Source of the DNA: a virus
Lineage: Duplodnaviria; Caudoviricetes
Virus record (IMG/VR): IMGVR_UViG_3300044449_000103
Location: 1 to 41,983 of that record
Length of the DNA: 41,983 nucleotides
Reading direction: 5' to 3' (one strand)
This document shows, piece after piece, positions 36,501 through 41,983 of the stretch; position 1 is the stretch's first letter, and every line of letters starts with the position of its first letter. The notes below the pieces were generated by a model. It did not search any database and was not told the DNA's origin. It worked only from the letters and a program-made list of their open reading frames with translations. The translations under genes were made by a program, and so were the position numbers.

Positions 36501-39223
36501 TCCACAAAGCACTCGATGGGAACTTCTCTCAGGACAAGGTCAAAGACTTTGGCTCATATCTCATTAGTCGAAGGGCCATTCACGAGTGGAACAACTACGC
36601 AGAAGGTAAGATCAGAAACCGTCCTACGCTTCAAAGCAAGAAAGATCACGAAAACAACATCGCGACGATGGAAAGTGAGAACAAGTCGTTCAAGGAAGCT
36701 GCCGAGGATCTTTACACATTTTTGGAAGCTCATTGGAAGAAGAAGTTCGACGCAGGCCTGATTACTGCCGAGCAGTATCAAGAAGGACTGGACAATCACA
36801 AAGATTACGTCCCTTTCATGCGCGATCGTTCAGACCTGACGGAAACCGGTGGCGGTGGTAGCGGCGGTGAAGGAACCGGCCGCAACAGTATTATGAAACG
36901 ATTCGAGGGTTCAGATCGGGACATTATCAACCCAATAGAATCGATCATGAGCGACGTGTATCAAACAGAATCGATGATCAAAACTAACGATGCTCGAAAG
37001 GCGCTTGCTGACCTTGCCGACGTGGCTGGCTATGGCAGCGGTACCGTGATCGAGAGAATCCCTGATAAGGAAATGAAACAAAGCACCTATTCGGCTGATC
37101 AGATTAAGAGTGCTATCAAGAGTCAGGTTGCATCGGAAGGCATGAGTGACCGGGATGCCCAAAGCCTTGAGACTGTATTGCTGGGAATCGACGACCTAGA
37201 CCTCACATCCGTTCACATGTACAAACCGGGCGAGATTAACGAACGTGGCGAGCCAATCATCTACGTCTGGAGAAATGGCCAGAGAGAGGCTTACAGACTT
37301 GCTGACGGCGATTTCGGCTTAGCATTGTATGAAGCGATAACTGGGATCAATAAAGAACAGGTTGGTACACTAACGAACCTTTTAAGTGTTCCAGCGCAAA
37401 TGATGAGGCTCGGTATTACTACTGAACCGACGTTCCAATTAACGAATACCATTCGTGGCGAGCTGACTGCTTGGGCGTTAAACCCAGACTATCGGCCCGG
37501 TGTTGATTTCATGAAGGGTGCTAAGAGTGCCGCAATGTTCGATGAGCAGAAGCAGGCTTACATTGGTGCTGGTGGAATGATGGGAGGTATCAACACATCA
37601 TCACTCTCTGCAAAACGCGCACAGAAGGATATTGAACAGCTTTCCCGAGACGGAATTGATATCAAGAGAGTCTCCTTTAGAAACGTCCTGACCTTGTCTG
37701 AGTTCTCAGAAAGCGCGATGCGAATCGGATTGTTCAGAACTACTTTCAAGGAGGCCAAGAAGCGAGGACTCAGTGATAAACAGGCAGTAATTGAGGCTGC
37801 ATTCACCGCCAGAGATATCACCGACTACTCTATGGTCGGCTCAAAGATGATGGGGGCACAGAGACTCGTTACTTTCCTTGGCGCAGCTTTGAAAGGTATC
37901 GACAAGTTCGCTAGAACAATCGGTGGCTCTGGATCGTATCAAGCAGCTCTGGATGCATACTTCAAAGGGCAAGACCAAGAGACTTTGTCTGATGTCGATA
38001 AGAAAAATCTGAAAGCAGCTCGTGGTGTTATGGTTTGGATGATGTCAGCTGGATTGGCAGGCGCTGCTCTTACGGCTCTCTACACCGATGACCCGGAGTA
38101 CCAAGAAATCTCAGAGTATCTTCGTGCAACTCATTGGATGCTGAGGGTTGGTGATCGATGGTTGGCGATACCGAAACCTTTCCAAGAGGCAATTCTCTCC
38201 AACATCTTTGAACGGGCTTACGAGGCTCATTACCATCAAGATCCAGAAGCTTTGGGCAGAATGCAACGAAGTGTTATGACGACAATCGGTCCACCAATGG
38301 TGCCGGTGATTCTGAGACCCGGGATTGAGCACTTCGCCAACAAGTCCATGTACAACGGAATGCCTCTGATCTCTCAGAGGCTCAAGGGACTGGAAAAAGA
38401 CCAGCAGTACTATGCATGGACCAGTTCTTTCGCCAAACAGCTTGGGAAGGCTGCTGGAGTCTCTCCGATCCTGATTGATCACTACATCACGTCTTGGACT
38501 GGTACCGTTGGCCGAACAGTGTTGAGAGCAACAACTTCTGCTGATGAGAACGCACCTGCAGATGGCCTTGAAGACATGATGATCATTTCTCGGTTCGTCC
38601 GAGACTGGACTCGCGGCGCGGTATCGAATGAAGAGTTCTATAAAAAGATGGCTGATGATGGTGGTAAGCTCAGTGCCAAGTACGCGACCTTCAGAAACTT
38701 TGTACTCAACGATGAGAATGATGAGGCTCGCGAGTATCTGGCTTCGCTTTCGGATGATGAAAAGACGTTTATCGGTGCAAAGTTTTACGCCACATACCAT
38801 CCAAAATCCAAGTCTCAGGCCAACTACCACCCAATGGTCAGGGCTGAAAAAATCGTTGCCAAACTTTACGAGGTGAGAAGAAACGTTCGGGAATCTGAAT
38901 CCCTAGAATCAGAGCAGAAAAGGCAACTCGATGATGCAATATCTGAACGCATTGTTCATGAGTTCAGGAACTCGATGATAGCTTCCCAGCAACCCGGTTA
39001 CACCAAGAGAAAAATTACGGCTCTCGAAGAAAACCTCAGAAAAATATCCCATGTTTCAGAAAGGGTAGCGGAGGAAATACTGGATCATGAGTACAAATAC
39101 CCTGCTTTTGAACAAGTCAACGAAGACTACGCGATCTTGAAAGAAGACATGCTGGGTTTGGCCCAAGACATCATTGACGACGATACAGATATCGATCTAG
39201 ATGATGCTAATCCTCTGGACTAG
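33515..39223 (+). CDS. Large polyvalent internal virion protein (InPase-like, HExxH zincin, LPD38-like)
   Basis: YPQYSDLSDQELAD N-terminus; PTEAQREAGNFKMGH...YGYIKRTKGADGENVDVFIG...FDEQKVMMGF; SHELGHALE...EGFAEF; W.AIPKPF...SPILIDHYI. Confidence 0.85.
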   Translation: MNISKIREEYPQYSDLSDQELADGFHKKFYSDIDKTEFYKSIGFDQPSAPVPTADSSDDERGFLNNAVRGATERASDLLSNFFGAAGTAADALEEKLQLGGFVYDDQGPRYLKSDQFAQFQQENNSDGALNSASESFESFSADYVPRETWQAVKDSYFENGALSASTAGQVLSYGLEQGIKSVPDMVSVMLSLPAYVISRAGEIGEERAINKGKSDAELVEIVEALPAALGSALFERIGAKGIVNAGSEAAEAVGKEALQSGFARVAKEGGKAATKEAATEAFQEGVIEYLGEKLGTGAEMSFAEAGERGLAGALAGGVFGGVAGSAVASGRELTNAMRDNEIAATKDVMEAETLDDAIAAAEEVVDGVPTPEEAIAELEAELNNAGPSIESEFASEPTIESELLDAETQAVVDDVAGANDQTPTAMELAFQQAQSEQRTEEQADVPDTETETSVDAQPDRANAAETGSDSIDSNRFQREEIDRAGNDAATSPNNDLKEPTEAQREAGNFKMGHTKVGGFDITIEFPRGSTRKGKNKEGVEWERTLESDYGYIKRTKGADGENVDVFIGENPESDKVFVVDQVSPDSKEFDEQKVMMGFDTKQSARDGYLANYAEDWQGLGAITEMTQDQFKDWVNNGDLSKPVSDIEGQQEILLSRSGVPFKSERSAKLSQTFKANPEANVVPVDGGFGIAPQRAGGDVEASAVASLRTGGLVRTADVADAQALEVETSPQKIVASMREHFNVPLRKGRLSMRKAAGTHNKKTGVIRQKNMVDLEVFSHELGHALESRFGEKLTALIGANEKEIAPLSYDPLLPKEQLLREGFAEFFRIYVTNPQWAKRNAPQFEKQFSEYMTQVSPQDLAQIQAAQKVYEDYLGASSETAIKGSMSTTDKGNIFRRFQLATKPKALGENLRAWGNDVYTSFINRQHPIYMAVKQLEKIHNSNAKSRLNLKRADDAHVLARLAVDAFSAGQVQLEKGVIAYDGIYPEGPSLQGAIHKALDGNFSQDKVKDFGSYLISRRAIHEWNNYAEGKIRNRPTLQSKKDHENNIATMESENKSFKEAAEDLYTFLEAHWKKKFDAGLITAEQYQEGLDNHKDYVPFMRDRSDLTETGGGGSGGEGTGRNSIMKRFEGSDRDIINPIESIMSDVYQTESMIKTNDARKALADLADVAGYGSGTVIERIPDKEMKQSTYSADQIKSAIKSQVASEGMSDRDAQSLETVLLGIDDLDLTSVHMYKPGEINERGEPIIYVWRNGQREAYRLADGDFGLALYEAITGINKEQVGTLTNLLSVPAQMMRLGITTEPTFQLTNTIRGELTAWALNPDYRPGVDFMKGAKSAAMFDEQKQAYIGAGGMMGGINTSSLSAKRAQKDIEQLSRDGIDIKRVSFRNVLTLSEFSESAMRIGLFRTTFKEAKKRGLSDKQAVIEAAFTARDITDYSMVGSKMMGAQRLVTFLGAALKGIDKFARTIGGSGSYQAALDAYFKGQDQETLSDVDKKNLKAARGVMVWMMSAGLAGAALTALYTDDPEYQEISEYLRATHWMLRVGDRWLAIPKPFQEAILSNIFERAYEAHYHQDPEALGRMQRSVMTTIGPPMVPVILRPGIEHFANKSMYNGMPLISQRLKGLEKDQQYYAWTSSFAKQLGKAAGVSPILIDHYITSWTGTVGRTVLRATTSADENAPADGLEDMMIISRFVRDWTRGAVSNEEFYKKMADDGGKLSAKYATFRNFVLNDENDEAREYLASLSDDEKTFIGAKFYATYHPKSKSQANYHPMVRAEKIVAKLYEVRRNVRESESLESEQKRQLDDAISERIVHEFRNSMIASQQPGYTKRKITALEENLRKISHVSERVAEEILDHEYKYPAFEQVNEDYAILKEDMLGLAQDIIDDDTDIDLDDANPLD

Positions 39224-39424
39224 GTACTTCTTCCTCATTCGATACTTTAACTTTGCCGGACCCGTATATGATCCAAACATCTCCAGTCTTGCGGTCGAGC
39301 AATAGGTCTTTGCCATGAATGTTGTACCTATCGTTCCCTGAGCCCTCGTACATAAAGATCGCGGCAATACCGAAGCCAACGAGGAAGGCGAGGAATGCGA
39401 TTTCAAGCTTAGACAAATCTTTCA
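39207..39424 (-). CDS. Small membrane-anchored protein (moron)
   Basis: GGGAG RBS before ATG 39424; N-terminal TM; LLDRKTGDVW. Confidence 0.7.
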
Positions 39425-39613
39425 TAGATGACTCCCAATCAGAAAAACAGAGTTCGACCAATCTCCGTTTTGCCGAGTTGTCGAGATCTTAGAGCGAATT
39501 GAGCCTTTGCGTCAAAACAATATACGAATAAAGATCATGCAAATAGATCCGCACCACCGATGTTGACCCCCATAAAGCGATGTGGTTAAGTTCGCCCGAT
39601 TGAGGAGTGCTTT

Positions 39614-39865
39614 ATGGGCGTAGTAGTACTGGTGTGCAATTCTGAGCAGCCAGATCTTGTAGCGAATATTGAACGTTTATACCCTGAGCACTACAAGATG
39701 GGCGTTTGCCAGTGGGCGATTTCAACTCCCGATTTGACTGAGACTGTCGTGGAGAAACTAGGTGCAGGCGACGGAGATATGGGGTCGGTGGTTGTGTTTA
39801 GTATCAACGGTTACTATGGATATCACGATCTAGCTTTGTGGGAGTTTTTGTCGAGGAACTCATGA
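39614..39865 (+). CDS. Small alpha/beta hypothetical protein (moron)
   Basis: GAGGAG RBS; TTGACC at 39563 is a possible -35 box. Confidence 0.75.
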   Translation: MGVVVLVCNSEQPDLVANIERLYPEHYKMGVCQWAISTPDLTETVVEKLGAGDGDMGSVVVFSINGYYGYHDLALWEFLSRNS

Positions 39866-40164
39866 CTGACCAGCAATCCCCTCCAGAAAAGAGCGTAGGA
39901 CCACCACCGGTAGCTGTGACGAAGGAAGACTGGATCCTTCAGCAATTGAATCTTCACGGCCGAGAAATTGGTCAAAACACGGCTAAACTTGAAACTATGG
40001 ACTCTCAATTGACTGGGCTGTCGGATGACATCAAGCTGCTAAACAAAACTCTTCAGAGGGTACTCTGGACGATTGCGTTTGCCTCCGGCGCACTCGTTGT
40101 GCTCGGCTTTTTGATTAATCTCAAAGCCGAAGAAATTTTGAATGCCTTTTCAAAGCTCTCCTAG
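39862..40164 (+). CDS. Coiled-coil protein with C-terminal TM helix
   Basis: GAGGA RBS and ATGA overlap at 39862; VLWTIAFASGALVVLGFLI. Confidence 0.75.
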   Translation: MTDQQSPPEKSVGPPPVAVTKEDWILQQLNLHGREIGQNTAKLETMDSQLTGLSDDIKLLNKTLQRVLWTIAFASGALVVLGFLINLKAEEILNAFSKLS

Positions 40165-40167
40165 ATA

Positions 40168-40256
40168 GTGGCTTGGGGTGTTTTTTACGTGGTCACCCTC
40201 CACCCTTGCCTTGAGTTGCCCGCCAAGCCACGCCTAGCCCCGACACGCCTAGCCTC
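40168..40256 (-). ncRNA. Candidate guide-like RNA: phased GGC-NN pentamer tract plus 3' fold-back
   Basis: Minus strand from 40254: GGC-TA GGC-GT GTC-GG GGC-TA GGC-GT GGC-TT GGC-G GGC-AA CTC-AA GGC-AA GGG. Begins 11 nt after the stop codon of 40266..40736. Confidence 0.7.
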
Positions 40257-40265
40257 AGATCCTAA

Positions 40266-40736
40266 CTATAAACCCTGAAGGGCCATATCCATAGTAGAAA
40301 GCGCCTCTGATAGTTCAGTGATCCTTTCATACTTGGTTTTGTATGTTGACCAATCGTGCTTGGCCTGAGCGATCAGACTCTCCCTTAACCTCGGTGTCGT
40401 ATACACTTTTTCCGATGATCGATAACCAGACCCTTCGCTCCGCAGCTGCACAAAGGCAGGAGCCACTAAGGGCTCTTGCTTGACTGTGTTGACGACGACC
40501 TCAACCCTTCGGATTAGCCTTCGAGCTTGAGACTTTCGGTAGTTCTCTGCTGCAGATTGATCGTCCCAGTCGAAGAACTTATGCAGAGGTGCGCTTGGAT
40601 CCCGGGATGCGTCAATCACGTCTCCCGGGTTTAACTTACCTCCATGCGCTTGCCTGATTTCTTCAAGCGACTCACCGACCATCTGAGCTTCACCGGATGG
40701 TTTGTCGGCTTCGGCGAATTTGTAGATTTTACTCAT
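40266..40736 (-). CDS. Conserved phage hypothetical protein, partner of the RAMP-like gene
   Basis: LNPGDVIDASRDPSAPLHKFFDWDDQSAAENYRKSQARRLI; ATGA-coupled to the upstream gene. Confidence 0.8.
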   Translation of the reverse strand: MSKIYKFAEADKPSGEAQMVGESLEEIRQAHGGKLNPGDVIDASRDPSAPLHKFFDWDDQSAAENYRKSQARRLIRRVEVVVNTVKQEPLVAPAFVQLRSEGSGYRSSEKVYTTPRLRESLIAQAKHDWSTYKTKYERITELSEALSTMDMALQGL

Positions 40737-41332
40737 CTGCCAAACCTCGCTTTAAAGTCATCGATTTCATCCGCATTGGCGATCCTGAACCGACCATAGT
40801 TGCCATCACGTTCAGGGCGCCAGTCACCCACACCAGTCTTAAATCCCGAGCGAGAAACGAGACTGGCGATCTGTTCAAGACTAATGGTGTCGGCATCGAG
40901 CTGTATCTGAAACTCTGTCGCCCACTCTTTGAAGACTGAGCGGTATCGGATGTCAGCTACGCCGCGTCCGACCCTTACCATGGATTTGTGAAGCTCCGGT
41001 ACACCGTAGATTGGCACCAACGAGCCTTCTATGTGGAAGTCCCCTTTGGTGTCGATCATGGTCATGCCGTCGATCTGCTTGGCAGCGCGAACAAAGGCAT
41101 TTTTGAATCCAGCTGATGGAAAACCGAACTCAGTAATTCCGTCAGGTGGCATTGGATAGAGAGATTCCCTGAATTTCTTCTCTGCATCACGTTTGCCGCG
41201 CGGTGTAGATTTATTAGTGTCCTCAAGTGCCTCCATTGCTGCCTGTGGGTTATTGCAGATCAGGGGACTGACACCGATGATTCCAAGACTGAACTCTTGG
41301 ATATTCATTTGTCGAATTTCGACCGTAGCCAT
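40733..41332 (-). CDS. Stand-alone Cas7/RAMP-like protein
   Basis: Beta-1 LGIIGVSPLI, FPSAGFKNAF (compare iPgSslKGal), Gly-rich loop GVGDWRPERDGNYGRF; AAGGAGG RBS. Confidence 0.75.
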   Translation of the reverse strand: MATVEIRQMNIQEFSLGIIGVSPLICNNPQAAMEALEDTNKSTPRGKRDAEKKFRESLYPMPPDGITEFGFPSAGFKNAFVRAAKQIDGMTMIDTKGDFHIEGSLVPIYGVPELHKSMVRVGRGVADIRYRSVFKEWATEFQIQLDADTISLEQIASLVSRSGFKTGVGDWRPERDGNYGRFRIANADEIDDFKARFGR

Positions 41333-41378
41333 ACGCTACCTCCTTAAAGTTGTTAGCAAAAAGTTGATTAGCGCAGAG

Positions 41379-41561
41379 TTACTCTGGCAAAACGTCATAG
41401 ACGTTATTGCCGAATTCAGTAAGAGAAGACTCCACTTCAGCAGCTCGTCCGTTTGCTAAGCTTTCAGAAAGTTGTCGTAGGTAAAGAAATAATTCGAGGG
41501 AATCGAATGAGGCGTACCGAACGCCGGATTGGTTTGCTATGCTAGCAATAGTCATAATCAT
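41379..41561 (-). CDS. Small hypothetical protein, first gene of the RAMP-like operon
   Basis: 60-aa ORF with AGGA upstream; start is 41561 or 41555. Confidence 0.5.
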   Translation of the reverse strand: MIMTIASIANQSGVRYASFDSLELFLYLRQLSESLANGRAAEVESSLTEFGNNVYDVLPE

Positions 41562-41624
41562 CGTCCTAGTTGATGTTTGTGATTAGAGCCTGTTCGGAGC
41601 GCCAACTCCGTTCAGGTTCGTTAC

Positions 41625-41652
41625 AGATTACCCCACGGATGCGGCTTGTCAA
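41625..41652 (-). promoter_or_regulatory. Sigma-70 promoter for the RAMP-like operon
   Basis: TTGACA(41652-41647)-16 bp-TAATCT(41630-41625) with an AT-rich UP-like tract upstream. Confidence 0.65.
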
Positions 41653-41868
41653 GAAATTATTTTTGGAGTTTGCATGAACAGCGAAACAAACCTACGTCAA
41701 AGTGTGCTTTGTGTGTCTCTTACTAACGGGCTATCTCTGCCTGTTGGAGTCTTCCTTGAGGGGCGTGACGGAGAGCAAGAATCATTTGGATTGTGCGTCA
41801 AAAAAAGTCTTAGAAGCGAGCCTCAGAAGCTCTTACCAAGAGTTCTCAAAAACATCGACGGAGCTGGA

Positions 41869-41983
41869 TGATCTTGCCCAGTAATATCGGACACTCATTT
41901 AAGCAACTTTCTTCATAGTCTCATAAGCTTGCGGGCTGATGAGGCCGTTAGCACTATGCCGCCGTTTTTGATTGTAGTAAACC
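41869..41983 (-). mobile_element. IS3-family insertion sequence, right end (second copy, inverted)
   Basis: Reverse complement of 1-114; starts TGATCTTGCCCAG. Confidence 0.88.

Noticed and set aside
38111-38830. Long antisense ORFs (also 29461..30078, 31500..32276, 13661..14218)
   Set aside because: Shadow frames of well-supported plus-strand genes with no motifs of their own.
40164-40171. GATAGTGG equals the concatenated dinucleotides GA-TA-GT-GG of the tract
   Set aside because: Only 8 nt, noticed post hoc, and half is explained by the fold-back stem. Not enough to call a self-target.
40203-40256. Canonical CRISPR mini-array or ordinary microsatellite
   Set aside because: There are no 25-40 bp repeats with spacers, and variation is position-specific. 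Reported instead as a pentamer guide candidate.
41674-41884. Plus-strand ORFs 41674..41871 and 41702..41884
   Set aside because: Short, no recognisable motif, and both end in or at the IS. One may be a truncated gene but cannot be called.

Overview
A near-complete ~42 kb temperate podovirus-like prophage, probably from a gammaproteobacterial host (inferred from an E. coli-type SOS box and RpoD/LexA-like phage proteins). Both window ends are the same 114-bp IS3-family right end in inverted orientation. No integrase or att site is visible. Gene order: early-left operon; cI/cro switch with readable promoters and operators; initiator and DnaB; nin-like region; GH108 endolysin, sigma-like gene and spanins; TerS/TerL; portal, scaffold and N4-gp56-like major capsid; short-tail genes; ejection proteins including a 1902-aa polyvalent protein; accessory region at the right end. 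The top finding is a minus-strand operon at about 40.2-41.65 kb. It encodes a stand-alone Cas7/RAMP-like protein and a partner gene, followed directly by a non-coding tract of phased GGC-NN pentamers with a 3' fold-back, and there is no CRISPR array or cas1. This is a candidate phage-encoded RNA-guided system with a non-contiguous guide code. Other notable points: a CI repressor lacking both autocleavage catalytic residues, a perfect SOS box upstream of the replication genes, a DNA-binding-domain-only LexA, a sigma factor lacking region 4 inside the lysis cassette, and a frameshifted HExxH gene. All protein family calls come from motif recognition by eye; no database searches were run.
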